From: Salpingoeca rosetta | Lineage: Eukaryota > Protista > Choanoflagellata | Length of the DNA stretch: 64,000 nt | NCBI GenBank assembly: GCA_033442325.1 | Contig: JAWQFM010000021.1 | Coordinates: forward strand, 138,290 to 202,289 | Direction of reading: 5' to 3' | Shown here: piece by piece, positions 1 to 17,022 of the stretch | How the letters are laid out: each line of letters opens with the position of its first letter | Position numbering within the stretch: position 1 is the first letter of the stretch | Translations under genes and position numbers: made by a program | Notes under the pieces: model-generated | The model's input: only the letters and a program-made list of their open reading frames with translations | Told to the model about the DNA's origin: nothing | Databases searched by the model: none

Positions 1-1651
1 CCTTGCATGCACACTCTCTTTCCGCGCTGCGTTGCATATGTTGTGTGCCCGTGGTGATATGCCATGTTGCTTGCGTTGTGCTGCGCCAAGCTCACGTGCG
101 TGCAACATGTCCCCTCCGGACACACATCAGATGGCTGCCCTCTGCTGTCGTGTGTGTGCTCGCCTTTGCGGCCATCTTGCACGCGCTGTGTGAACGCGAC
201 GCCGGGAGCTGCAACGTCCTCGCTCAGCCGTCAAACACCAGCACACACACCGCACACACCCGGCACACCTGGCACGGATGGGCGACTGACCGCTACCAGG
301 TGCCGTGCTGTGCGCTGCGTGTGCTTGCGTAGTTCGTGGCGTCCTACCTTGTGTTGCATTGCATACAGCGTGTGCACGTTTGCCTCTGTCACTCGCGTGT
401 TCCATGGTTGCTCCCAACACCTGGCTTACCTGACTTGTCTGACTTCCGTGTGTCCACGCAGGGCCTTGCGCTGGCACAAGGGCTTGCGGGCTGGCTGTTT
501 GTCGTCTACGTCGCATTCGTCTCCGTCGGGTGTGTGTGTGTGCTGTTTGTTTATATTTATTTGTTGATTTGTTTATTTGTTTGTTTGTGTGTGTGTGTGT
601 GTTTGTTTATTTGTTTATTTGTTTGTTTGCTTGTTTGTCCTTGTTGTGCTCATTGACTTGGTGGTGTCGTCTGCCGCCTGTTTTGCCGTCAGATCGCATC
701 ATCGCACGCTGCCGCTCTGGAAGTTTTCGCCGCTGAAAAACTGGTGAGCTCACGCCGCTGTTCGATTTCTTCGCATGTCGCTGCCAGGTCCCCAGTACAC
801 CTACACCTACACACACATACATACACACACGCACACACACATGCACACACACGCACGCACACACACACACACACATGCACACACACATACACACACACAC
901 TCATGCACACACACACACGCACACACGCGCACACACACACGCACACGCAATCTCTCTCACACATCCCGGCGCTCTCTTGTTCATGCGGTATTGCACACGC
1001 ACCAACAGGTTGTGGTTCGCGACCATCGGAGCTGCTGTTGGTCTCCAGTCCGCCTTTGTCGCCGTGCACGTCGCTGTCGCCACAAACGGCGCTGGCATCG
1101 CCCCGTACTCCATTGCCAACGTGTGCAACCAAGACGTGGTGGTCGCGTTGTGATCGTGTTTTGATCGCGCGGGCGTATGATGAAGGGGAGAGGAAGGATG
1201 AGGGTCATGTGGGGTCCGTGCACTGCTTCGTGGCATAGTGTCATGTTGTGGTGTCTTGTTGCTATAGTTGGTGTGGTGGCACGCTTGCTAACTTAGTGCG
1301 CAACGCGATTTGGTTGCCTGCTGTTTGCTGTTGTTGAGCACCAGATCCCGGGCACGACTGTTGCGCTGTGTCTGCTCTGGGTCGCAGTCATCATCGTCCT
1401 CAACGAACTGGTGAGGAACAGAGCGAGCGCGAGGGCAGGGCAGGGCAGGCCAGGGGAGAAAGTAGAGGGGTTGATTGTTGCATGGTTGGTTGCCAATACG
1501 TGGCGCTCACACACACACACACACACAATGTGCGTGTCCTACGTTCCACCGCACACAGGTGAAGCTGCTGGAGCACGGACGAGAGGAGACGATGCAGAAG
1601 CGCGCGGCGCTGTTGCACGGCACACGGCTGGGCATGCACTCGCCCAAGTAG
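1..1651 (+). CDS. TMEM94: TMEM94/KIAA0195-like multi-pass membrane protein, 3' exons only (5' part lies outside the window)
   Basis: Hydrophobic exons at ~463-529, ~693-743, ~1009-1135, 1345-1410 and 1559-1651. The last two splice to ...VAVIIVLNEL|VKLLEHGREETMQKRAALLHGTRLGMHSPK*, matching the conserved TMEM94 C-terminus (NEIVKLHE...QKRQKLQFETKLGMNSPF). Confidence 0.8.
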
Positions 1652-1661
1652 ATGATTGATA

Positions 1662-1743
1662 GTGGTGGTAGTGGTGGTGGTGGTGGTGGTGGTGGTGGTG
1701 GTGGTGGTGGTGGTGGTGGTGGTGGTGGTGGTGGTGGTGGTGA
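1662..1743. repeat. (GGT)n microsatellite just downstream of the TMEM94 stop
   Basis: Direct trinucleotide run. Confidence 0.95.
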
Positions 1744-2167
1744 TGCAGAGGGAGAGGAGAAGCGGGTGGCTTGTAACCGACTCGTGTACGCGTACTCAAG
1801 CAACCATGTAGGCGGAGAGAAAGAGACAGCTTTTCAAGAAGAGGATAGCTGTGCCAGGTGTTTGAACTCATAAATCTGTGTCAGTGTTTCCTTCGAGGCA
1901 GGAATTGTGTTTGTTTGTTGGCTGTAAGTTGTCGCAATGAAACGGACCATGATCAAGTTGAAGAATAGGGTTTTATTGTGATGGCATGTGCGCAGGCCAG
2001 AGTGGGAGCGCTCGACTGCATTTCAGCATTCGGAAAGAAGAGAAGATCCGCAACCAGATAGACGGAGACATGCTTGCATCTTCACTAAACACACAGACTG
2101 CACACATAACGTACAACAACACTACACACGCTACACACACACCCACACACTCAAAAACAACACGACG

Positions 2168-6116
<3,949 letters not shown>

Positions 6117-6160
6117 CGTTGCAAATTGCCGTCGCGAAGAAAAATGCAATTGGCAACGTG

Positions 6161-6161
6161 G

Positions 6162-6247
<86 letters not shown>
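6161..6247. repeat. (TTG/CAA)n microsatellite upstream of HAT1
   Basis: Pure trinucleotide run. Confidence 0.95.
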
Positions 6248-6249
<2 letters not shown>

Positions 6250-6575
6250 GTGTGTGTGTCTGTGTGTGTGTGTGTCTGTGTGTGTGTGTGTGTCTGTGTG
6301 TGTGTGTGTGTGTGTCTGTGTGTGGGTGACTATCTCTGTCTCTGTCGCTCTGTCTCTCTGTCTCTCTCTCAACGTGCATTCCAGAGTGTGTATTGTAGGA
6401 GGCAGTGCACGCTTCAATGTGTCAACAAGGGAGACAACAACAAGCCAGGAAGAGCCGCAGCAGCGAGTGAGACCCCAAAACCGCAAGGTCACATCCAAGC
6501 AAGCAACCTTAAGAAGAAGAAGAAGAAGCAAACAGGCCAGTGCACTGCGCCATGCATCTGCAACAGGGCCTCGCC

Positions 6576-7656
6576 TCAGACGAGGTTGAACGACTTGGCG
6601 AGCGCCAGCGCAGACATGGCGACGGCAGCAGCAATGCCAATGGTCTGCACATCAACACCAGACGACGAGGAGGAGGAGGAGGAGAAGGAAGCGGGCTCGG
6701 GCACGGTGGGCATCTCGCCCTCAAACTCGCCCTCCTGCGGAGGGTAGTACTTGGAAGTGACTGGGGCGAGCTTGTGGCGGGTGGCGTTGGGGATGAGGTG
6801 CTCGGCCGTCATCACGGCGTGCTGCATGGCATCTGCCTGCGGGTGCGCGCCCTCGTGGGCAGCAACGCGAGCAATGGCCTTGCGCACAATCTCNNNNNNN
6901 NNNNNNNNNNNNNNNNNNNNNNNNNNNNNNNNNNNNNNNNNNNNNNNNNNNNNNNNNNNNNNNNNNNNNNNNNNNNNNNNNNNNNNNNNNNNNNNNNNNN
7001 NNNNNNNNNNNNNNNNNNNNNNNNNNNNNNNNNNNNNNNNNNNNNNNNNNNNNNNNNNNNNNNNNNNNNNNNNNNNNNNNNNNNNNNNNNNNNNNNNNNN
7101 NNNNNNNNNNNNNNNNNNNNNNNNNNNNNNNNNNNNNNNNNNNNNNNNNNNNNNNNNNNNNNNNNNNNNNNNNNNNNNNNNNNNNNNNNNNNNNNNNNNN
7201 NNNNNNNNNNNNNNNNNNNNNNNNNNNNNNNNNNNNNNNNNNNNNNNNNNNNNNNNNNNNNNNNNNNNNNNNNNNNNNNNNNNNNNNNNNNNNNNNNNNN
7301 NNNNNNNNNNNNNNNNNNNNNNNNNNNNNNNNNNNNNNNNNNNNNNNNNNNNNNNNNNNNNNNNNNNNNNNNNNNNNNNNNNNNNNNNNNNNNNNNNNNN
7401 NNNNNNNNNNNNNNNNNGTACAAAGTCTATCCTTATTCACCCTTCAGATTCATGTTTTATATGGGTTTATAGGAAATGAGAGAGAGGGGGGGGTGTGGGT
7501 GTGCGTGTTATGTGTGAGTAATCGCACGTGGGCGGTGCGCGCAGGAAGGGAGCGATGACAGCGCACGGACAGATGGTGGCAGCACACAGAAGAAGGCAAC
7601 ACACAACAACACGATGCAAATGCACGCACGCACACACGCACACACACACACACACG

Positions 7657-7724
<68 letters not shown>

Positions 7725-8810
7725 CATCAACAACGTACCCTCGCCGAAGAAGGTACGGCGGCGGTGGTGGCTGCGGTCAATGAACTGGTCGACCAGCACG
7801 ACCTTTCCGGGCGCAATGTCCTCCTGGTGATGGCGAAACGCACATGTGAGAAACAAGTGTCGTGGAACTGACACTGACACACACACACAGACACAGCTTC
7901 ACACACTCACACACAGACACACACACAGACACAGACACAGCTTCACACACTCACACACAGACACAGACACAGACACACACACACACAGACACACACACAC
8001 ACACACCTGCAGGGAGCCGACGGCGCTGACGCTGATGATCCACTCAACACCGAGTTTCTGCAAAGACAGGGCATTGGGGTGGCGGTCATTCGCGTGGTGA
8101 GGGAGGCGGCTTGCAGACGATACACTTGCACAACAATATACACTTGCACAACAGAACAGAGCATGATGCCGTACGATCACAAGTGCACACACAAGCACAA
8201 CCACACATACAGCACGCACGCACAAAGACAGACCTTCATGCCCCAGATGTTGGCGCGAACATTCACTTCGGTGGGCAGGTGGAAGTGGCCAGGGCCATGG
8301 CGGGGCAGGAACACCACCTGCGCAACAAAAGGTATGAAAGAAAACAGAGGCACAGTCAGTTGTACTTGTCCATGTGTCACACACACACACACACACACAC
8401 GCATACACACACGCACACACACACACACACAGACACACACAAGCACACACACACACACACACACACAAATGTATCGCTTCAAACAAGTGAACACGTACGT
8501 CGACGCCATCGATCTGCCCGAGCATGTAAGGGCCAGAGGGCTTGCCAAAAGGCGTGTCAATCTCACGCTTCCTACAACACACACACATAATGAAGGAAGC
8601 GTTGTCACCAAAATGAGCACACAAGCGCGCGCTGCACACACACGCACACTGGAACACCGCTCGGGTGACAATTTGCCCGCGTCTTTTGTGCACCCCCATA
8701 TCGCACCACATGCACACCCACAAAGTGTCGGCCAAGCGTACGTACTCGTTGACGGTGAGGCCCTCCATGTTGTAGAGGCCACTGCCTCCAATGAGACCAA
8801 TCTTAGGCAT
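6576..8810 (-). CDS. MTAP: S-methyl-5'-thioadenosine phosphorylase (multi-exon, interrupted by assembly gap 6894-7417)
   Basis: Exons encode MPKIGLIGGSGLY, IDTPFGKPS, FLPRHGPGH...NVRANIWGMK, LGVEWIISVSAVGSL and VLVDQFIDR...TFFGEG. The C-terminal exon is 6576-6893. Confidence 0.92.
6894..7417. other. Assembly gap (N run); other 100-N gaps at 2339-2438, 24400-24499, 31500-31599, 39978-40077 and 48651-48750
   Basis: Runs of n. Confidence 0.99.
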
Positions 8811-9300
8811 GGCTGCTGACTGGGCGGGCGGTACAGAAGGGATGAGAGAAGGTCAAACAAGGGGTGTGGATCGCAGAAGCGGCGTGTAAATGGAAGGACA
8901 GCAGCAGCGCGTGTTGCGTTGTTTTGCGCACGAAGAAGAAGCGAAGAATTTTTATTTTTCGAGTTGTTGTCGTGTGTCAGTCAGTGTTTTGCCTTTTTGT
9001 CGCTGTGTGTGATGTATGAGATTGACGTGAACATGTTGCTGTTGTCGTTTACAAAGTGTAGCGGTGTGGCACCCAAGAAGGGTTGCATGGCCGAGAGAGA
9101 GAGACAGAGACAGAGAGAGAGACAGAGAGACACAGAGAGAGAGAGAGAGAGACAGAGAGAGAGAGAGACAGAGAGAGAGAGAGAAGGCAAGCAATACATA
9201 GGAAGCTAAAAGCTGCAGAGAGAATAAAGAAAGCACAAAGCAAAAGAAGAAAGGAGGCAAAAAAGGGAGCGAAGCTATTGAATAAGCCAACCAAAACGAG

Positions 9301-9398
<98 letters not shown>

Positions 9399-9430
9399 CG
9401 TGCGTATGTGTGTGGGGGGGGGGTGACGCT

Positions 9431-11107
9431 TCAAATGTCTGTTTCGATGTCGGCGAGCATGCCATTGGTCAGCACCATGCTCATGGGCCGTTCACGGGGT
9501 ACAGAGCCGCTGTCACTCGCCCACCCTTCCTCATCACCATCATGATCATCATGATCATCGTGATCATCGTGATCATCCAAGTCGTCATCCACGTCAACGT
9601 CTTCAATCTGCATGCCTGGCAGTGCAAACACGGCGCCCTCTGCCTCCGCTCCTGGTGCTGCCCTCGTGTCCAGCCGTCCCATATCCTTCACCACTCCGCC
9701 ACCGCCACCGCTACCGCCACCACCGGCCTTTGCTGCGCTGGCACGGTGCGTCACAAATTGCAAAGGAGCAGAGATGATGGGCCGCGAGGAGCTACTGGCA
9801 GTGGAGTTGGTGGTGGTGGTGATCCCTGCTGCCATCACGCCTGCTGTGGTTGCTGCCTCTGTGTTGTTGGGCGGTGACACAGCAGTGGCATGACGGCTGC
9901 TGCCGACGGAAGCATGAGCTGGGGCGTCGCCATCGCCATGGCCGGTATACGCACTGGTGTCAGACCCATATGCAGCTCTTGCTCTTGCTGTTGCTGTTGC
10001 TGTTGCTATTGTTGCTGTTGCTGCTGTTGCTGATGATGCACTCCACGCTGCGCTCCCGCGGTGCTGGTGCTGGTGCTGGTGCTGGGGCGGTGGAGCGCAA
10101 GCGTCATCGGCGACGCCGCTGTCAGCGACACTCCCCACCCGCGCTGCGCTGTTGCCCCACGCAGCAGGTAGCGGCGCGTGCATCGGTGACGCGTGTGGAT
10201 CCACAGACCCGTTCACCACGCTGAGGGGCCGGCTCGCGCCTGTGTGCGGCCGCAATCCGCCCACTTCTGTGGCTGCTGATTTTGCTGCTCTTGTTGGTGT
10301 TATCGATGGTGACGACGATTGCGGCGGCGGCGGGGCTGCGGTCATGCCGGCAATGGACGAACCAACAGCAGATTCCGCCCTGTCCTCTCCCGTACCACCA
10401 TTGTCACCACCATCACCATCACCATCACCATCATCATCATCATCATCATCATCATCGCTCGCCTCCCCGCGTTGGAGGGACTTGAGGTACGCGAGCGTGG
10501 ACGAGAACTCATCGTCGGCAGAGAACGACGTTGGTCGTGCCGTCGAGGGGGAGGCAGACTCCGGCTGGCAACGGGCGCGTGGTGTGCATGATGTGTGTGT
10601 GTGTGTGTGTGTGTGTACAAACGGTTTCATGAGTGTGTATGGCGTGGGAGCACAACCCAGATAATGACACAACCAACACCCACTCGCACATCCCTCTCGC
10701 TCGCACGGGCTGTCGTGGTCGCATATCAAAGCACAACGTACCTCCTGGCCGGCCGTGGATGCTGTTGTCGTGTCGAGGAACGAGTGTCCAAGCGTCCTGT
10801 CCACCACCTTGGTTGTCGGGCTTGTCGGGCTTGTCGGGTTCGTGCCCAAGCCCTCCGCTGTCCCCGTCTCCGTCGCTCCAAACGCGTATCGCCGACTGGC
10901 CTGCTCAATCGCCCCGCGCCACTTGCTCAAGTGGTTCTGTGTGTGCGCGCACATTGAGTGTTTGGTTTGGCCGGGGGGGGCAAATCGATGGGTAAATATG
11001 TTGAATGAGTAGTTTTGCCAGCACACGCAAGCACACACACACACACACGCACACACAGAAACAGACAGAAGCACACACACACAGAGAAACAGACAGAAGC
11101 ACACACA

Positions 11108-11196
<89 letters not shown>

Positions 11197-11383
11197 CCAG
11201 AAACAAACACTTGCGTTGTGCTGTCACATACGATGTTGTCTGCTTTGAGGAGGAGGGGCTTCCAGTTTGCGGATTCGATGACGAATGTTGGCTCGCGCTT
11301 GTCCCGCCTTGACACCTTCAGCCGGCAGTTGGCTGCAGTGGCAGTGATGGCCGTGAGCATGGTGAGGGAGATAAACATGCATT

Positions 11384-11418
<35 letters not shown>

Positions 11419-12323
11419 CAAGTCCACTCATGCACGCACGCAACAAACAAACACACCAACTCAAACCGCACAAAGTCGCAGCACCACGCGTACCTAGATC
11501 CACGATGCCGAGGCTTGTTGCGGCGGGGCTGCTGGAGCGGAAGTAGGCGAGGGAACGCCCGTACATGACGAAATATCGCCGGCGCCACGTGCGCAGACTG
11601 CCCAGGCGACATGACTTGCGGATCCACCCACTTGGCAACCGGGGACGGAAGAGGTGGTGGCGCGGAGTGGGTTGAAGAACAGAGGGGTGGGCACGTGAAC
11701 AGGCGAGGAGCGAATTGGTGAGATGGGCTGTTGGGCTGGGAATCGAGTGAACAAAACGCAGCAGGAGAAAACCAAGACAAGCAGCGAACCAATCAAAACC
11801 AATCAAAACCAATCGATTTAGCAACGTACGTCATGTCTGGGGAGCGGATGTCACGAAGATGCAGCTTTTGCCTGATGACGGCCACGGAATGGTTCATGGC
11901 ATAGGCAACCATGCTGGAGCTAGTGCTGGCCGCCATGCTTGCGTCAGCGCTGGCTGGGCCTGACGCAATCCGCGGGTCAAAGTCGACGTCCGCAATGGAG
12001 ACGGGGCGAGGCGCGCGCGGGGCAATGGGCACGGCGGGTGCAGCTGGTGACGACAACGACAGCGGGCCACCACCACCATCGTGGTCGCTGGCAGGAACTG
12101 CTGTTGCTGCTGTTGTTGCGGATGGTGATGGCGTTGGCGGCATGAGCAGCGCCAGGCGCGGGTCGTGTGCAGAGACCCCCAGCAGCCCCTGCTGCTGCTG
12201 CTGCTGCTGCTGCTGGTGATCGGGTGATGCGATGGAGTGATACGAGGCGGGGCGGCGCCTGGCACGGGGCGTGCGGCACACAACAAGCACCAGAGGCTCA
12301 TCTTCCGGTGTGGACTGGTGGGT

Positions 12324-12419
<96 letters not shown>

Positions 12420-13013
12420 GGAAAGGGTGGAGATGGCGGGGCGACGTGAGAATACGTGAGTGCAGGGGGTGAGAAAAGAAAACTGCAGACGAAGGGAAGA
12501 GAGGCTGTGTGTCGAGCAGCAAGAATACACCACGCCCATGTGCAAAGCTCACAAACGTGCACACAAACATTCATACACACACGTACAAACGCAAGCACAC
12601 AAACATTCATACACACATGAACAGATGCATACAAACATGCACACCTGAATGAGGTCGACCACTGCTGCACGGGGCCCAAGCGGGCAGGGCGTGTCATTGA
12701 CCTTGAGAATGATATCTCCAACCAGCAGGCCCCTGTAGCCGTTGTCGCTCGGCCCACCCTTGAGCACCGTGCGCACAAACACGGGTGACTCGCCGTTGAT
12801 AGAGAAGCCATAGCCGGCCGGCCCGCGGGTCAGCGTCACGCGCCGCGCCTCCAGGTTGAGCAGGTCGCGTGCACGGTGGGACCGCGCTCTGGTGGGGATG
12901 GTGAATGATGATTTGCGGTGCGGTGAGGATGAAGGTGGAAGATATTGTCAGGGTGAGATTCAGGGTGATGTGGGTGCATGTGGAGCTGAAGATGACATGG
13001 CTTCCAAACGCAC

Positions 13014-13051
<38 letters not shown>

Positions 13052-13472
13052 CACACACACACACGCACACACACACACGGACACATACACACATACACAC
13101 ACACGTCCCCAATCACAGCCAAGCACGCTAGACTGCTAAAACACTCAGCATCAAACTCACTCCTCGCGCATGGGCATGAGAGCATCTGGTTGGTGCGACG
13201 CCGGCGCCCCGTCCTCGTCGTACTGCTGGCCCCAGCTGCTGCGATTGCTATCACCACCACCACCACCATCACCACTGTTGTTGTTGTTGTTGTTGCTGCT
13301 GCTGCTACCACCATCACCACCAGCCCGCAGGCGTCCTCCCTCTTCTGGTTGACGCCTGTGCACACCTCCATCACCCTCCACTCCCTGCTTCCTCCGCCCC
13401 TCAACAGTAAAGTCCAACTCCACCTCCGATACCTGCGCACCGCTTCCACGCTCACTCCCATCACCACTTCGC

Positions 13473-13504
<32 letters not shown>

Positions 13505-15777
13505 TTGTTCGTTTGTGGGTTCATCTGGCTCCAGCTGCAGCGTGCGGGACGTGCCTATAAACACGCTGTGCCTGATGTTGTGCTGCGCTGCGGGCGCTGG
13601 CTCGGCGAGTGCAACATCCAGTGCACTTGCTGCCCCTCCACTCACCGCATCAACATCATCATTGTCGTCACCACGCTGCGTCGTGACGTGTGCGGGGCGT
13701 GTCAGCACGGGACCGGCCGTGATGGGCGCGACGATGTCCGCGGCCGTGACGGCCTGCTGCTGCTGCTGCTGCCGCCGCTGTCGCCCAAACGCCGCGCGAA
13801 TGCTGGCGCTCCCTGTCCGAGGTCGCATCATCACGCCCTCGTGTGTACGCGCAGCAGCGGGGGTGCCGCTGGTGGCGGTGTTGGGTGCAGTGCTCTTCAC
13901 ACCCATGTTGCTGTTGTTGTCATTGCCGTAAGTGGTGTTGGTCTTGTCCTCATTGTCGGCGTTGTTGGCAGAAGCGAGAGCGCCGTGGGGGCGGTATGGG
14001 GATGTGAGGGACGACGGCGGCGGCTGGCGGCTGCGAGACGGCGACCCGCGAGGCGACAACCGATTCAATGCAGATGTAATGGCCGACAGCCACCGCGAAC
14101 GCCAGGCTGGGCGGCGCCCGCGCTCGCCTATTCTCCCATCAGATCCCGCCCCAGCACTGGCTGACACCGGTGTGGAATGCAGCGGGCGCTGCTGGTGGTG
14201 CTGTCGCTGTTGATGGTGGCGAGAGGACAGTGAAGGGGAGGCGTGGCCTGCGCTGTCGGTGTCACTGCGTTGCCGCTCAAGCCATGTTGGTGTTGATGGC
14301 GCCGGCGGCGAGTGCATATCCGGGACCTGTGGTGGCGGAATCCTGCCCAGGATCGAGGTGGTCGCGTCGTCCATGCTCACGGACAGCGGCCGCTGCTGCT
14401 GGCGTTGGTGGTGTTGCTTTTCCTGATGCTGTGCCTGTTGCTGGTCAAGGGCGCGGTGGGGGTGAGGGCTGGCGTCGTACCTGTCGCTGCCATCGCATCT
14501 GCTGTCGGCGCGGGTGGGCTGCTCTTGGCTGTCGTCAAACCCTGGCGGCGGGGCCGGTGGGAACGAGAGGGAGGAGAGGGCGCTCTGTCGACTGCTGTTG
14601 AGTCGTGGCTCACCATCATCACTCGGTGTTGTCGCTGCTTCTGATGACGGCAACGGCGGCACCACGCACACGCCAAGCCCGCCGCTGGCACCTGCGTGTT
14701 GTTGTTGTTGTTGCTGTTGTTGTTGTTGTTGTTGTTGCTGTTGTTGTTGTTGTTGTTGGTGTTGTTGCTGTTGTTGTTGTTGTTGTTGTTGCTGTTGTTG
14801 TTGTTGTTGTTGTTGCTGTTGTTGTTGTTGTTGTTGCTGCTGCTGTTGTTGTTGTTGCTGCTGCTGCTGCTGCTGCTCGTTGGACAATTCTTCAACAGCG
14901 TCCACCACCGTCTCTGATACATCTGCGCGCACCGTCCCCTCCTCATCCTGCGTCGGCAGCAACACCAACACAGGCTTTGCAGAGTGCTGCTGTTGCTGCT
15001 GTTGGTCATGCTGTTGCTGCTCCTGTGGTGGTGGTGGTGGTGATGACTCTCCATGCTCCTCGCTGTCGTGCTGTTGTATCGCGACAGGCCCGTTCCCGCT
15101 GTAAATGAAATCATCTTCAACGCCACGAGTATCCGCCTTGTTCACGCCCTCTGCTTCGATCTCCCCATCCTCGCACGCGTGCGCGCCATTCACAAAGCCG
15201 CTGATCTGTAAATACTCGTCAACACCGCTCTGCTTGTTGTCCTTTTCCATCCTGTCCCCGTCGCCACTGTCAATGTCATCGTCTGCAAACGAAAACTGGA
15301 CGGGCGGTGCAGGTGCTCCTGATGGTGCTTCGTCTTCTGCGGCAACGCCGGCTGTTGTCGTGTTGTTGTTGTTGTTGGCGTGCGTGGGGCTGCCATCGCT
15401 GTGGGTGGTGTTGTTATTGCTGCTGGCTGTGTCATTTTCATTGTTGTTGTCGTCGTTGGCCGGGGTGTTGTTGATTGTGTCCTTGTTGTTGCTGCCGTTT
15501 GTGCCGGTGCCATTGGCGAGTGGCGAGACCGGTGTTTTGCTTTTCGTCGTCACGGGTAGCCCCTTTGTTTCCTCGATAGTAGCTGTGCACGAGTAGCAAG
15601 CAAGAAGCAACATGAGATTGGCATTGGGCGGACACAGGTTGCAGTCATGAAGCACTTGTGTTGGGAGGGGGAGGGAGGTGGCTGTACTGCTACAAACACC
15701 CACAACACAGCGCAAGCCACCCACAACACAGCGCAAGCCACCCACAACACAGCGCAAGCCACGCACCGCTACAAACG

Positions 15778-15838
<61 letters not shown>

Positions 15839-16484
15839 AGCACCTTGGCGACAGAAACCATCTGTTGGGAACATGCCAGCCTTGCCCGTGTCGAGGTTGA
15901 GACCCTGCATGGCGGCAAAAGATAGGATAGAAATGAGAAAACAGAAAGGAAGGTGCGATCAGGGTGACGCGTGTTCTGTGTGTTGTGTTGTGTGCTTGTT
16001 GGATCGAGGCAGACAAGTGAGCAGGGAGTTGCATGGCTCGAGTGCGACATACCGTCGACCATAGATCAGCGTCCTCCGGCGCAGCCTGGCGTTGATCAAG
16101 CAAAGACAAAGACAAGGTGTGCAGATGCAGTTGCAGGGCGTGCACAAGGATGAGAAAAAGCAGCAATGTGCCACGAAGCCAGTATCCATGCACAAACAAA
16201 TCCGTCCATTCTTTGCACGCACAAATGTGCCAGCATGAGCCCATGAGACGAAGCTCCTCCCTCCGTATTCCCACATCCGCGCAGCACATGTCTGCACAGC
16301 ACATTGTCTAAACAACAAACAGCAACACAACGACCACACAACAAACTCGTCTACACACTGTGTGCAAACAAACCAGGTTTGTGATGATTTGAACGCGTTG
16401 GCCCGGCTTCATGTGCAGCTCATCATCCATTTCGGGAACAAACTCATGCTCACACACCACGACGCAGCCCACAGTCAGCCCCAT
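9431..16484 (-). CDS. SH3-PDZ-PH scaffold protein with long low-complexity/polyQ linkers
   Basis: Exon 1 reads MGLTVGCVVVCEHEFVPEMDDELHMKPGQRVQIITNL and continues ...DLW/QGLNLDTGKAGMFP (SH3). PDZ at ~12645-12860 (LTRGPAGYGFSINGESPVFV...GLLVGDIILKVND). PH at ~10900-11630 (GWIRKSCRLGSLRTWRRRYFVMYGRSLAYF). Ends ...IETDI* at 9431. Confidence 0.8.
14697..14878 (-). repeat. Coding (CAA/CAG)n polyglutamine tract
   Basis: About 55-60 Q with one H, within ORF 13157-15910(-). Confidence 0.9.
15698..15763. repeat. 21-bp tandem repeat x3 (cacccacaacacagcgcaagc), intronic
   Basis: Three direct copies are visible. Confidence 0.85.
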
Positions 16485-16921
16485 GGTGCGTGTCCAGCCA
16501 CTCCCCCATCAAACTTCACCACACGACGACGATGGTTGGCTGGCTGGGTCGCTGTCTGTTGGCGGGGGTGGTTGTTTGCTGTTCGCTCGATTGATTCGAA
16601 AACGCAGGAGACGACACCACAAAATTTTCCCATGAACTTTTTTTGTTTGGTGTGTATTTTCCTGAGCTGTGTGGTACGGGCCCAAACCACCGTGAACTGG
16701 CCTGCGAAGGACAACCAACAGCCAACAACCAACCAACGTGAGATGGAGTGAGAGGGAGTGTGGATGCGAGTGAGAGGGGTGAGAGTGTGGCAGGATGGAG
16801 TGCTGTCCTTGCTTCCTTGTGGTGTACTGTGTCACAGCTGTATGATCTCTCTTGCTGTTGCTCATGATGCTTGAAGCCCTGGGAGCAACCATTTTACCCA
16901 TAGCTCGCCCACCTAAACACT

Positions 16922-16955
<34 letters not shown>

Positions 16956-16956
16956 G

Positions 16957-16999
<43 letters not shown>

Positions 17000-17022
17000 C
17001 CGCACTACCACACAAAAACAGC

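Noticed and set aside
1652-1873. Poly-Gly ORF
   Set aside because: It is a (GGT)n tract directly after the TMEM94 stop codon, with no other coding signal.
7418-7490. AT-rich segment flanking the large gap
   Set aside because: It is short and at a contig end, so it is probably low-quality read sequence rather than a foreign insertion.
6576-8810. Functional link between MTAP (MTA salvage) and the PLP-MTase fusion
   Set aside because: The genes are 30 kb and six genes apart, and MTAP is housekeeping. There is no sequence evidence of coupling.
15698-15763. Short direct repeats resembling a CRISPR array (also 47330-47420 and 57409-57460)
   Set aside because: The repeats are contiguous with no unique spacers, there are no cas genes, and the context is eukaryotic.
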